A stretch of DNA of 64,000 nucleotides from Callorhinchus milii (Eukaryota). Position numbers and translations under genes: made by a program. The notes under the pieces are model-generated. The model did not search any database and had not been told where the DNA came from. It saw nothing but the letters and a program-made list of their open reading frames with translations. The stretch lies in contig NW_024704742.1 of NCBI RefSeq assembly GCF_018977255.1, positions 95,730,001-95,794,000 of the forward strand, read 5' to 3'. Positions 26,388 to 39,914 of this stretch are shown one piece after another (position 1 is the first letter of the stretch; each line of letters starts with the position of its first letter).

Positions 26388-26802
26388 GGAATCCTTGCTA
26401 GGCTCCACTGGCTCCCAATTACCAAACAGATCGATTTCAAGATCTTTTCACTTGTTTTCAAATCCCTTCATCCCCTCCCACCTCCCTACCTATCCAATTT
26501 GCTTACCCCCACTCCTCAACCCGTTGCCTCCCCCAGCTGGCTCCGGCCTCCTGTTTGTTCCTTGTCCCCTCCACTTCACCATCGGTGGCCGTGCCTTCAG
26601 CCACTATGCCCCGAAACTCTGGAACTCTCTCCCTCCCTCCCCACTTTCAAATCCCGCCTAAAGACCAGCCCTTTTGATTGTGCTTACTGCCACCTCCCCA
26701 CTCCCTTTCCCCCTGGCTCAGTGTCAGACTCCACCACTGTCAAGTGCTCTGGACGCTACCCCGCATGAGGGGCACTATATAAATGCAAGTTGTGGTTGTT
26801 GA
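26388..26802 (+). mobile_element. L2 LINE 3' fragment
   Basis: ILARLHWLPITKQIDFKI; TIGGRAFSHYAPKLWNSL. Confidence 0.92.
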
Positions 26803-28128
26803 GGTGAACAAGTGATCAGAAATAGCTCTGCCAGACAGTAAGGTGCTTCTTAAAGTCACTTGAAATGTTGCAAAAAAAATTATCAGACATGGAAAATACA
26901 CACATTTCTGTTAGCATTGACTAAATTTGATTAAAAGTGCTCTGTCATGAATTTTATAATGCTGAGATAAGGAAACATTTGTGCCAGCATGTTTTTATTT
27001 AATTCAACCCATTTGGGCTAGCATATTCTAATCCATATAAAAATTCTACTGACTATGTGAAACCATTTATAGATCTATTAATGTGTAATGCCCTTAAGCA
27101 TTAAACATATGGTCAGCCTCCACCTCAATTAACAGATGTGGGCACAGGTGAAACATTTCACTAAATAAAATAAAAAAACTTTCTTAGCAGGGATGAGGTA
27201 ATTCCTGTCTGTCAGCATCTTAATTTCCAATCTGAGCAGATTTCTGCTGACTTTTATTTCTGTAGACATAAACTGCCCCTTCAACATATCATCAGTTAAC
27301 AGAAAACACATGTTAAAACATATAGCCATTGCACCCATGCCATTTCCCTCACTGGGAATTAAATGGAAGATCTTTCTGTCACTTTCACCATGACTATGAG
27401 TTATATTTTGCAACATATTTTCTGCTTTTCACAGTAGTCCAGTGCACAAGTCAGCATTACTGAAGTGTACGTAGGAGAGAAACACCATTGGAATTTGAGG
27501 TATTGGTGCTGTCACAGCTTAATTCCTTGCATTTCCTTTTAGAGCAGAACGACTAGATTGTAAGTGAAGCAACTATTCATAGATAATTGTTGTTTTTTGT
27601 TTTCAGTAGAGTACTTCACTTCAAATTAGTCTAGTCATGGGACCCGTACTGGTGATCATGAATCCTTTATACGATTTCCTTTGCATAAGGGATTTTATAT
27701 AAAGCTTTAAATTTAATTCGTTTCAATTAAAGCCTGCTTACAAAGAGCAGTCTCGGTGAAACAATACTTCAATTATTTAAAGTTTTTGCTGGAAGCGATA
27801 ATGCTGGATGTTTTTGATCTTTGCCTTATTGAGCATTTCTTATCCCAACGTGAAAATAAAATAGCTTGTTTATTCTGTTGCAGCCTTTCAGCTATCCACT
27901 GACAACAACTCATTAATGAGCCCTTTCATTCCCTCGTGATAGCTACTATTGACCGTAGACGTAGTAGAATAATCACATATTGTTATTGCTTTTTATTTTG
28001 CTTGTGATATTCTTGCAGACATGCCCCATTTCAATAGTCTTTAATCGAGTTGCATGGCGCTCGCACCTCTAGGGGGCTCAAGCCCATTAGGATATGATCT
28101 GATAATCTATTAGACTGACACTCCTGTA

Positions 28129-29255
28129 AACAACAACAACAATAACAAGATTACATTTGTATAGCGCCTTTCACGTTGGGAGGACGGCCCAAGGTGCTGG
28201 ACAGTGTAAAGCATTTCAGACCCGAGCTGGGGTCAGGGGAGGAGAAGAGGGGTGGCCCATGGCATGGTCGAAGAGGAGGGTTTTGAGGCGTGACTTGAAG
28301 GAGACTAAGGAGGGGGCGAGGTGGAGTGACTGTGGAATGGAATACCAGAGGTTGGGGGCAGAGTGGCTGAAGGCTCTCCTGTAGACTCGTGGAGTCCTGT
28401 AGCTCAGTGGTTAGAGCACTCGCTTTGCAAGCGAGAGACCTGAGTTCAATTCGAGGCAGGGCGAAATCTTGGGCAAGTTTCCTTACTCCACACGCCTAAT
28501 AATAATCCCTCCAAAACCAAAAACAATAATAAATTGTTCATTTTCAATCTACGACTATTTGTGGGACATTGCTGTGCACAATTGGCTGCCGCGTTCGCCC
28601 ACAAATATACAGCCAATTCACTTTACAGTATATTCTGTGAAGCGCTTTGGGATATCTAGAAGACGTGAAAAGCACTATATCAAATGCAAGGATTATTATT
28701 ATTATTATTATTATTAGATGTGGTGGGGCGGGTGGGTCGGGGGACGTGGAGCAGGCCAGAGCTGGCTGAGGGGAGGGAGCGGGTGGGTTGGTAGGGGGTT
28801 AGGAGGTCGCAGAGATAGGGTGGGGCGAGGCCATGGAGGGCTGTGTAGGTGAGGACCAGGATCTTGAACTGGATCCTCTGAACAATAGGGAGCCAATGGT
28901 GTTGGATGAGAATGGGGGAGATGGGGTCACGGAGTTTGGTGCGGGAGAGGACATGGGCTGCAGAGTTCTGGATTATCTGCAGCCTGTGGAGGGAGGAGTT
29001 GGGAAGGCCGACAAGCAGGACGTTTGCATAGTCGAGCCTGGAGGTGAAGGCATGAACAAGTGTTTCAGCGGCCTAAGGAGTGAGGTAATGGCACAGTCGG
29101 GTGATGTTACGAAGGTGAGGGAAGGCAGAGCGGGTCATGGCTTGGATGTGGGGAAGAAAAGACAGATGAGGGTCGAACAAGACACTTAGGTTCCTGACTG
29201 GCTTGGTGAGTTGACACGTGCAACCATGGAAGTTGATGCTGACAGAGCCTGGCTC
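28129..29255 (-). mobile_element. L2 3' fragment split by a SINE insertion
   Basis: Tail at 28129; ORF2 resumes after 28716 (VRNLSVLFDPHLSFLPHI). Confidence 0.9.
28391..28716 (+). mobile_element. tRNA-Ala SINE, full length, short subfamily
   Basis: Head with CTCGC-TTTGCAA-GCGAG anticodon arm (TGC); (ATT)n tail. Confidence 0.95.
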
Positions 29256-29771
29256 CCATCCCCAGCTCGGATAGCCATTAGAAGTATGTAACCTATTCCA
29301 GTCCATCTCTCCCCCCCTTTAACCCACAAAACACATTCTGAAAGAGGCTGTTTAATAGCCAATTAGAATCTTTGAGTTTACAAAATGTGGGGAACAAAAA
29401 TTAAGAAAAACAAAATTATGGATTCAGACCACATAATTTTACTTTGAAAATTTTAGTTTGTTATCTTATTCGGAATTACAGTAAGATGTACGCCCAGAAA
29501 TGCCACAGGATCAGAATTAAATGTAATTTATGAGACTTGTTTCATGTAATATGTCCTCATTGAATCAATCTACTGTATTAACCAAAGAGGTTTGGTATTT
29601 GCCCCATGCTCCTATTAGCCTTATCTGTTTTTCTCTAATATAATTTGTGATTACTTATCTCCTCACTCTCCTGTCTTTGAGAGTTAATGGTATAATACTG
29701 GACTTTTCCACACACTTCAACTCCACTGTGTGTTCAATGGTCAGTCAATGAACAGTACACAAGTAAGACGC

Positions 29772-29935
29772 TCATAGGAACATAGGAACAGGAAGCCATC
29801 CAGCCCATTAAGCTTCCTCTGCTATTTTCTTAGATCATGGTTAATCTGTAACTCAATATCATTTGTCTGCCTTTTCTTCATACCCCGATACCATTACTAA
29901 CCAAATATTTATCTAGTTCCCTCTTAAACACTCTC
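29772..29935 (-). mobile_element. CR1 3' end
   Basis: CATAGGAACATAGGAACAGG 8-mer tail repeats and CAGCCC motif. Confidence 0.65.
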
Positions 29936-29974
29936 CGTTCCTTTGATTACAGTTAATCCTGTGCTTTGAGCATT

Positions 29975-30415
29975 CTTGAAGATGGTCCTTACCTTCAAAG
30001 CCCTGCATGGCCTTGCTTCCCCCTACCTCTGCAACCTTCTAACCTCCTACAAACCTGTCTGCTCCATCTGCTCAGTGGGCTCCAACCTGCTTCAGATACT
30101 CGCTTCGCCAGACCCACCATTGGTGGACAGGCCTTCAGCCACTCTGTCCCCATCCTCTGGAACTCCATTCTGCAGTCCCTCCACTTCACCCCCTCCCTTG
30201 CCTCCTTCAAGACCCATCTCAAGACCTCCTCTTCGACTGTGCTTTCGATCACCCTCCTTCCCCCACTGTCCTCTACTTTGCCTGATCCCAAGCCCCAGCT
30301 CGGGTCCAAAACACCGACTGTCCAGCGTCTTGGGAGATCCGCCCTACATGAAAGGCGCTTCACAAATGTAATTTTGTTTCTGTTGTTGTTGTTATATAAG
30401 TGCAAGTTGTTATTG
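29975..30415 (+). mobile_element. L2 3' fragment
   Basis: LTFKALHGLASPYL; TIGGQAFSHSVPILWNS; (GTT)n. Confidence 0.92.
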
Positions 30416-30569
30416 TTCTTGTGATGATAATTCAGTTTTTTGTAATGTCTTTACTTTGAAAACAAATTTCAAAATAGATCTTCCCCACATACTAAGAGCA
30501 TTAACTACTCAAGACACCTTTAGCCAAAGACTATGTCACACTCCAGGAGTACCTCACTGGAGACCCTGT

Positions 30570-30770
30570 CCCCAAGCCCATTTCATCAACCTGCCCCCAA
30601 TACTCTCTAGAATTAAGTAATGATTGTGTATTTGTCCAGGGAGATTCCATTCCAGCACAGGGAAATTTCCATGTGTAGGTGACATGCCTATGTGGAACTC
30701 TTTCTTGTTTGGATACCCTTAAGCACAGTGATGGGTTTCTGGATGCGTCAGACATCCAGGTGGCCAAAAC
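30570..30770 (-). repeat. Unnamed repeat family X, copy 3
   Basis: Reverse complement GTCTGACGCATCCAGAAAC...CATGGAAATTTCCCTGTGCTGGAATGGAAT. Confidence 0.8.
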
Positions 30771-31147
30771 AAAACTTATTGTTTAGTTTTAGCCAGTAGA
30801 AAAAAGCAGGGTGATATCAGCCGCTGGGGAAAAAAAGCAGCTGATGTTCTCACTGAAGAAGACAATGACTGTTCTCACTAAGTAAAATTGATTTTTGTTG
30901 CTCCCAGTGGAGATGAAATGTTAAAAATTCAATTGCTGCTCGGAATTAGATAATGAAAGAATTATAAAAATGAATTATAAGGAAAAGCCATTTATCTCAG
31001 CAAAACCAGTTCTTGTGGGCTTCATCCCACCCACTCTGATTTAAGTACTTTGAAACATTCTCTCCGCTTTAAAGGCACTATAAATATAAATTGTGTTGTA
31101 CCGCCTCAGCAAAAGATTTCATTTTGTTCGTCTACGTAATGCAAAGA

Positions 31148-32330
31148 CTACAACAACAAAATTACATTTGTATAGTGCCTTTCATGTTGGGAGGTGCTGG
31201 ACAGACAGAGTTTTGGACCCAAGCTGGGGGTTGGGTCGGGCAGTGTGGAGGGCAGGGGGGGAAGCAGGGAGATCGAAAGCACGATCGAAGAGGAAGGTCT
31301 TGAGTTGGATCTTGAAGAAGGTAAAGGAGAGGGCAAGGTGGAGGGACTGCAGGATGGAGTTTCAGAGGGTGGGGGCAGAGTGGCAGAAGCCCCTCTTGCC
31401 AATAGTGGGGCGAGTGAGGTGGTGGGGGGCATGAAGTAGGCCGGAGCCCGCTGAGTGGAGGGAGCGAGCAGGATGGTAGGGGGTTAGGAGGTCGCAGAGG
31501 TAGAGGGGAGCAAGACCATGGAGGGCTTTGAAGGTGAGGACCAGGATCTTGAACTATGTCCTCTGTGTGATGGGAAGCCAGTGGAATCGGGCAAGGATGG
31601 GGGTGATAGGGTCATGTAACCTGGTGCGGGAGAGGACGTGGGCTGCAGAGTTCTGGATGATCTGCAGCCTATGGAGGGAGGAGTTGGGGAGACCGACAAA
31701 CAATGAGTTTGCATAGTCAAGCCTCAATGTAGTGAAAGCATGTATGAGGGTTTCGGCGGCCTGCGGTGTGAGACAATGGCGGAGTTGGGCGATGTTGTGG
31801 AGGTGCGGTAAGGCAGAGCGGGTCATGGCACAGATGTGGGTTAGAAAGGACAGTTGAGGGTCAAACAAGATGCCAAGGTTCCAGACTGGCTTAGCAAGGT
31901 GGAGTGTGCAACCATGGATGGTGACGCTATCAGCACTTGAGATGAGGAGACACTGACGGGAGCCAATCAGGAGAGCCTTGTTCTTGTTAACATTCAACTG
32001 AAGAAAATTAGTTCTTATCCAGGACTTGATGTCCGACAGACATTCTGTCGGACAGCAGTGGTCCTGGAGTGAAAGGTGGAGGCAGAGAGGTATGGTTGGA
32101 TGTCTGCGGATGATGTCACCGAGGGAGCATATAGATATTGAAAAGGAGGGGACTGAGGACAGAGCCCTGAGGATCACCATACTAGATGGTGCAGGGGATA
32201 GAGAAGAAACCGTTTGTGGAGATGAATTGAGACGGTGTGAGAGGTACGATCTGAACCATCAAGGACAGAGCTGTAAAGGTGGAGGTGAGAGGAGAGGCGG
32301 TGGATGAAGATAGAGAGGTCGATGGTAAAG
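31148..32330 (-). mobile_element. L2 LINE with partial reverse transcriptase (YADD region deleted)
   Basis: PQGSVL..LFNIYM..LGDIIRRH, CLSDIKSWIRTNFLQLN..K, LRLDYANSL, HWLP; frameshifted. Confidence 0.95.
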
Positions 32331-32828
32331 ACTACACTTTACAGTAAATCCTGTGAAGTATTTTGAGTTGCCCTCCTGATGCAAGAGATGCTACATTGAA
32401 TGCAAGCATTCTAATGNTTTTTTAGAGATTACCAGATCCCCCAAACTAATCCAGGATGAGGTGCAGTATATTAACCATACCTCCGTTGCTCAAACTTGCT
32501 TTCCATTTTCCCTCAACCTATAATAAGTCTTCTTCCCCTTCGCTTCAGCAGCACATAAATCATTGTGTCTCATGTAATATTTGTTCATCTCCAGTCTGCA
32601 GCTAGCCCTATACCTTGAAATATTGTTTTCAACTGCCATCAAACCTCTGCTCAGTAGTGATGGCAACTCAATAGGCATTCCACTTTTTCACAGTCTGTTG
32701 TTTTTTATTTTAAATTGATGGTGACCAAAATCCCAAACTCACTATTGACAGCACCTCACCCCAAGCAAAGCAAAATAGGCCAGTCTATTGACTGCCCTTC
32801 ATAGCCCGTTTCTGTTTATTCAGATAAA

Positions 32829-33020
32829 AATAATAATAATAATATCCTTGCATTTCATATAGCGCCTTATCAAGTCGTTGAGACGTTCCAAAGCGCTTCA
32901 CAGAATATACTGTAAATTTGATTGACTGTGTATTTTATGGGTGAAACGCGGAAGCCAATTGTGTACAACAGTGTTGAAGGGATTATTACCCCTGGAAAGC
33001 AATGTGCCATTCGACTAACG
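32829..33020 (-). mobile_element. SINE 3' half
   Basis: Reverse complement of the SINE tail. Confidence 0.85.
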
Positions 33021-33119
33021 GAGTGCTCCATGAAGAAAAATATAGATACAGTTTTCCAAATAGATGTTAACTATTGTTCAATGAATAAGACATATTTGTA
33101 AATGCTACATGCTATATAA

Positions 33120-33815
33120 GTAAATATTTGAAGGTGGCAGGACAGGTAGATAAAGCTGTTAAAAAAGCATAGAGGATACATGACTTTATAAATAGGGGCC
33201 TAGAATACAGAAATCAGGAAGTTATGATGAACCTTTATAAAACACTGGTTAGGCCTCAGCTACATTACTGTGTTCAGTTCTGAGCACCACAATTTAGGAA
33301 GGATGTCAAGGCATTGCAGAGGGTGCAAAGGAGATTTACTAGGATGGTACCAGGAATGAGGGACTTCAGTTATCATGAGAGGCTAGAAAAGCTTATTATC
33401 CTTGGAGCAGAGAAGGTTAAGAGGAGATGAATAATAATAATAAATAATAGGCATTTTCAAAATTATGAGGGGATTCGATGGGGTGAACAAGGAGAAACTA
33501 TTTCCACTGGCTGATGGGTCGGTAACCCTGTTAGCCCTGTAAACCCCAAGTTGTTAAAAGAAACAGAGGGGAGGTGAAGAGAAATGTTTTCACACAGCGA
33601 GTTGTTCGGATCTGGAATGCATTGCCTAAAAGTGTGGTGGAAGCCGATTCGCTAACAACTTTTAAGAGAGAAGTAGATAATTATTTGGGGAGGACAAGTT
33701 TGCAGGGCTATGGGGAGAGCGCGGGGGAGTGGAATTGAATTGGATAGCTCTTTTCAAAGAGCACAATGGGCCCGAATGGCCTCCTTCTGTGCTATATGAT
33801 TCTAAAGTTCTATGA
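33120..33815 (+). mobile_element. CR1 LINE 3' end
   Basis: LYKTLVRPQL.YCVQF...QRVQRRFTRMVPG; RIWNALP; GCCCGAATGGCCTCCTTCTGTGC tail. Confidence 0.93.
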
Positions 33816-36800
33816 GTGTGTGACAGGGTTAATTTATTAGACCCATAGACAAGCTCTGGATATATTTTTTCAGATACGATTGTTTTCAGAGACCTATAAA
33901 TTGCATTTTATGTCAAATCCAGCAGCTGAAGACAGAGCAATGTTGAATTGCTACGGATTAAACATCTGCTCATACTATAATGATACTACATGTAGTTGTA
34001 ATGTCCTCTGCTGTGAGACTGCCAGGGATTTGATCTGTTCTCCTTCCAGCCACCCCCCACCATGCCTAATTTTAATGTTGTCTGAGCTTACCCTACAACT
34101 CTACAACTATTATGCCAACAAGAACTTGAAAAATGAAAACATTTAGTTTTAATCCCACTTGCCTTTACTGCTATGGCTCCAGCTACACATGTCACCACTA
34201 TATCAATGACGTTAAAATGAAGACCAAATTCAATAATATGTTAGGGATCCTGGAAGCCTCTGAAATGCTGCACAATTAGGATAAATTTAGACTCAAGTGG
34301 AATTTGTCCCTAAGCCTATACTGAATAAGTAGTAAAGTTGTCTCAGAGTACATCTGACAGTCAGGGTGCAGCTGAGATTATGTAATTTAGCACTGGTCTG
34401 GATTTCAACCTGCAATCCTTGTGGTCTATGAATGTTAATTCTACACTGCTAATACCTATTGAGCCATGGGAGGATTTCAGATGCTTTATAAACAGCTTTA
34501 AATCAGTGCAAACTCTGCAGTAAAAATCCAAATTAAGGATTGTGTTTGTGTTAAGAGGAACAGAGTGAGACCACCTCCAGATAGCCTGGCTCTGCATGAG
34601 TTTCACACCAGCTAGAGTACAGCTGAGCAATCCTTGTAAACTTTAGCAACACTGATTAAAACATTTTGCCGTTGTTTGCTGCACCAGCCTTCCATTTAAT
34701 AGCAATAATAATCCTTCCATTTGTAAAGTTAGGGAAGAGATAGCATTCCCGCTAGCTCTTCAATAAAAGAAAATTAACTGTCATTCGAACACTGGTCAGG
34801 AGAGGACTGCTTGGGTGTGTTAGTGGGGTCACACAGTCCTCTGCTTTGCTGAAACAGAATCCGATAAAGATCCGACATTATAATTGCATGCTCCCGCATC
34901 CACACTGCTCTCCTGCAGGTACCAATTTAGCACTGGTGCCTGCAGTATGACCGGACCATTGCTCTCCTTTCTAGCAGCGAACATTAGAACTGACAGACAA
35001 AACAAGCCCAAAGGCAAAAAGAGACACTGGCCACATGCAGGTTGCAAACCGTGACGCTGTTTCGCATGCACAAGGTTAACTGCGATCACATATTTTTAGA
35101 CCACATGTTTTTGTCAGTGAAAACATGTTAGGTAAGGTTTTTGTTCTGTGTTTTCCCATCTGGCTTTCTGTTATAGGCATATAATCCACATTTGCTGCCA
35201 ACATTTCTCAGAGGGCCTTATAATTGCATGGAATTTTGTATAATCAGTTTCAGTCTGGCGCACAATTAGGGATGGATTATAAAATTTGTCAGTGCTCAAT
35301 TTAGTTGAAATTATAAGATGAATGAGATGCAGTAATGTGTGGCACAACTGAAAGGGGGCTTCCGACAACTGAGATGAAAAAAACACTATGGAAGGCCCAA
35401 TAATAACTTCACTCTGCAATACAATAATTTGTTTTAAAATATTTGGACACACAGGAAGCAGTTTTAGATGGTTTTATGTTCTCAACTCTAATTTACTTAA
35501 CTGCAGTAGAACAATAGTACAAGTGTTATAGATGAGAGAAACTGGAGACCTGCCTGTGTTATTTATCTTTTGAAACATGAGGTTATTCAGCCTGCAGAAG
35601 AAATAGAAGATATATTTACAGGGTGTCTCTCTCGCTTACTGCTCCACACTTGTAATTTGCATTTATTACCTCAAATTGTTTACTTCCGATAACTGCATTT
35701 CCTTTGGGAAGGTGGAAGCACAAAGTTAGTCAGGAACAAAAGCGAACACAAGTATTCTGGAAATCTTTTATGCGAAGGCAGATTTAGAGCGGCATTTACT
35801 GCAATCGCTCTCAATAATATGGAGTTTTATTCTGTGTTTAAAGGATAAATGTTAAGAGTCTGTCAGAAATACATGACTCTATTTGTAAGACATCAGCCAG
35901 TGTAGATAAAATAACACTTTCAAAGACAATGTAGTAATTGAAACTACTGCTCTGAATCCATTAAAATGCATTAAAACATGGCTCATAGTGAATGCATCAA
36001 AATAGCACTTTGATTTAAAGTGCTGCAATTCGATATGCCCACTTCGCAAAACTTAAAGAGCAATGCTTCCAAATCACCTGCTAATGGATTTGGTTTTAAA
36101 CAGACTATTACATATTTTAAAAATTCCCTTCCTTTCAGTGTTCTCCCCTCCCCTCTGCTGAAGGTTCTTGACTCACAATGTATTATAGTTTCACAGTCAG
36201 TGCCTGATTTTCAGGATCTCATTCAAGTATTCATTCTTCATATGTGGGGTCTATAGTGAGGGTTAACAAATTACTCGACCAAGGAAGATGGGGTAGTACC
36301 TTCAGAGTGAAGTACCTTCTTGTTCTTTCCCAATGTCCATAGTAGTGGATGGTGATAAATGTATGAGACACTGGCTAATTATCAGGTTTCTATTCCATGG
36401 TGCCCTGAAGCTAACTACAGCACATCTATCACTATGACTTGAGATCAACTAACTCAGCAGAGACCATGATCAAATCTGACACCCTTCTGATCATTTCCAC
36501 TTCAGGAAGTGAAGTTACCAATAGAGTCATTGGGGAACTGGCTGAACAGACTACAGCTGAAGTACAGTTTGCAGGAGGGATGGAACTGGCTATCTTTCTC
36601 TGCACATACATCACCAATGTGGAAGCACTGACCAGCGATCAAGCCCATTATTGCACTTGTTTGGGATTTTATGATCTTCCTGTTGTGCATTATAACGGGG
36701 TTCCACTATAATAAGCAAAAAAGAACTTTTATTTTTGCAACATTCCTCACGTAAAAATATGTTAAAGTATTTTAAAGTAAGTTTCTGAAAGATTAGTGTA

Positions 36801-39539
36801 CACACCTTTGGCAACATTTTGTGCACAGCAAAGTCCAATAAACAGCCATGGTCAATTTATATGAAGGATTATTTGCTAATGCAACCAGAATAAAGCACCT
36901 TATCTTAACTGTCTCCCAGCTGTAGTAGCAAATAATTCTTCAGATCTTAAATGTTTGCTAAAAGAACAGGCAGGTATGACCTACCTCAGTTTATCAGTAT
37001 ATGACCCATCTCAAGATGTACCTCTTTGACTGCTCCTTCAGTCATCTTTCCCCTCCCCAGCTCCTTCAGTTCCTACCTCCAGCTGGGTTGCCCAGGCGGC
37101 AATGTTAAGCACTTTGAGACGCCCTCTCGACATGAAATGCACAAAATAAATTATAAATTATATTATTTTATCCAAAGAATGACACCTTTGACATTGTTGT
37201 ATTTCTCCATTACTCAACTGTTAGCCTAGATTATGAGTGTATAATGTAGAAATAAACATAAATGATCTTCTAGGAGTGAAAGGATTATGTTAATGTAAAA
37301 GCAAAAAGTTTGTTGCAATAGCCTATCCATTATTCCTCGTTTCGGACTTGTGAAATCATTACTATTCCCAATTACACATCTGTTAATGAAGTAAATTGAC
37401 TGAGTAATTAAAGTAGGTGCATTATATGGGAGGTAACTCACTGCATCTGTTAACTAACCTCCATGTAAAGAAATGGTGCCTGTCCCAAAACTGCCCTTCA
37501 CAACCTGGCCCTCTTGTCTTGCTGCTTTAGCGTATCTGAAAGAATTACTTTGGGTTTACTTTCTCTCATTTATTATCTCAATGAAAATCTCCTTTGAGAC
37601 AAGGTTTTCTTCAGTGCTGAAGATGTCCAGCTTATTTAATTGTTCCTAATACTGATGATATGGACATGAGGGCAAGGTTACCCAGCACCTGTGGAACACA
37701 GACCCAGCCAGAGGATCAGAAGGATTTGGAAAGCTTTTCATGGAGGCAAGGAAAGCAGAAAACTGGCAATGGAAGAAAATAAATGCGGGAAGAAAATCCA
37801 GTGATTAGACCGAGTCGCATACAGAGCTTACATTTGGCAGTTTAGATATTGTATTTCACTTTGTGATCAGATTTTACTGCAGGCAGGCTCCTTTTTTTTG
37901 TCAAGTGTTTTGTCTGTAGAAACAGCAGTTCCGCTGGTAGTTTGGTTAAATGATTCCACCCGGGAACTCAGTTCTCAGAGCAGAGGACTGACAGATCTAA
38001 CTAGGCTGACTTAGCAGATCATAAAGTGGGAATCATCACGGGGTGGCGTAAGCCAGTTTTCCAATAATTTTTTTTCGATATAAGAGACTAACATGGACAC
38101 AAAAAATATGATATTACTATCTCCTCTGGGACTGCCTCCTACTTACAAAGAAAACAAATTATTGGCAACTGGAAAGTCAGAATCGGCTTGACCCTAGAGA
38201 CTGACTTGCCTGCTCTAGAATCAATAACCTGTATTTGCTTTTGCTCAGAGTATGTGCTAAGGTATTTGGAAGCGCAGACTCAAACAGTCTCCTTTTATTT
38301 ATCAGCCACTGTTAATAGCCACCCCGAGGGCATTTCAAGACTATTTCAGGCTTGCTTTCAAAAATACAACAAGTAAAACATCTTAACTTAACTTTTCCTC
38401 AGAACAAACAGAGTCCTCTTTTTATGCGACTGATCCGGTCCGTAGCACTTAATAATGCTTTTTTCATTATAATATTTTTAGACATTGGATACATCTGGAA
38501 AAATATTCAAGCGGATAATTAGATTGCTTTAGAAATGTGTCTGTTGTGGTTTCCTAGATCCGAAAGAAGGCTGCTCTTTATGAAACCCTTGGCCACTGTC
38601 TCCACAAGAATCTGCTTTGTAAATCAGCCCACACTAAAGCATGTGGAAAACATTTTTTGGATGAAATTGGAAACCATTCATGTGGCTTCGAGATGTGGGG
38701 AAACTTCAGCTGCCAAAATCAATATAACTTTGTACTACTAACCAAAATGGTCGTTTAGACATATGTACTTTCATACTTGCAAATGCACTGAGGTCAAATA
38801 TTTTTTAATCTTGCAATTTTCTCTCTCTCTTTCTCTCAGTGCTGCATCAGATTTCACAACTTTTTGCCCAGGAAATGAGACTGTGGTACAACAAACACAA
38901 GTCATTCAGACTGACAGAGCATATTAGGTTCAAAACCTAAGCAATGACTGTAATTGCTCTCCAAGGCTCTGGTTCAAGGTAACTGTTGATTTAGTTCAGT
39001 TGGTTTAAATCAGTGCTGGAAGGCCTTAACGTGAAAAGATCTCACTTAAACAAACAGGTTAGGCCGCATTACATCTGTACTATTAGGTCCCTCAGGTATA
39101 AATAGGGGAACACAAGCTAACATTTAAAAAGGATCACATTTGCCTGAGCTCCACAGGCAGTACTTACCAATGTCTACATCTTTTGTCAAAGCTGCATAAC
39201 CTTTCCTTCTGGAAAAGTGATGACAGCTTTTGCCTGAGCAAAAATAATGTTTCTATTCAGGATGAAACAAGTCCGACTTGCTACAGATGTTTTCCCATCC
39301 TGATTGCAATTGTGTCGGTGCACTCTGATTGAGGGAACCTCATGTGTGTTTGCTCTGTGACCTCTCCAATTGGAAGGGTGGGGTTCACTACCTGATCAAT
39401 CAGCCTAGACAGCACGGTTTTAGTTTACATAAAAAACCTGCCTGCGGTGCTTTGTATAAATTGGTCTTGTGATTCACGTACCTGCTTGGTGCGTGAAACA
39501 ATTGCCTGCATGACAGCTTCTTTATAAACTAATCTTGAC

Positions 39540-39665
39540 AGATCTGAAACAGGGGTATAGGGATAAGGTGGGCGGTGGGACTGAGCTGATCGCCTTACTC
39601 TGTGACCCTGGAACTGACTCAATGGGTTGAATGGCCTCCTTCTGCGCTGTAGATTTCCATATTTA
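39540..39665 (+). mobile_element. CR1 3' tail
   Basis: ATGGGTTGAATGGCCTCCTTCTGCGCTGTA. Confidence 0.75.
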
Positions 39666-39914
39666 GGCGAACAAATACTATATGTCATTTTCATTGATAT
39701 GCCTCACTCCAGTGGAGCCTTGGATAAAGTATAGCATTACTTGGTACATTTGCTCTTTGATTTTCTATTACAGCAATTGATCTTTAATTCTCCTACTAAT
39801 CTCTTTGGCTTTTCATGATGGAATTGGAGTGTGAGCCTCCTCCAGCTCAATGAACATTTGACTTCAGACCAATAACTTTCACTGGTCAAGACTCCTAATG
39901 TTCATTTATCAGTG

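Noticed and set aside
28064..28080. CTCF-like CCTCTAGGGGGCTC
   Set aside because: Appears to lie in a decayed SINE head; motif match only
28391..28465. Functional tRNA-Ala(TGC) genes (also 14982, 25755-25829, 60645-60720)
   Set aside because: Each continues into a SINE body and (ATT)n tail; these are SINE heads
32417..32417. Single N base
   Set aside because: Assembly ambiguity, not a biological feature
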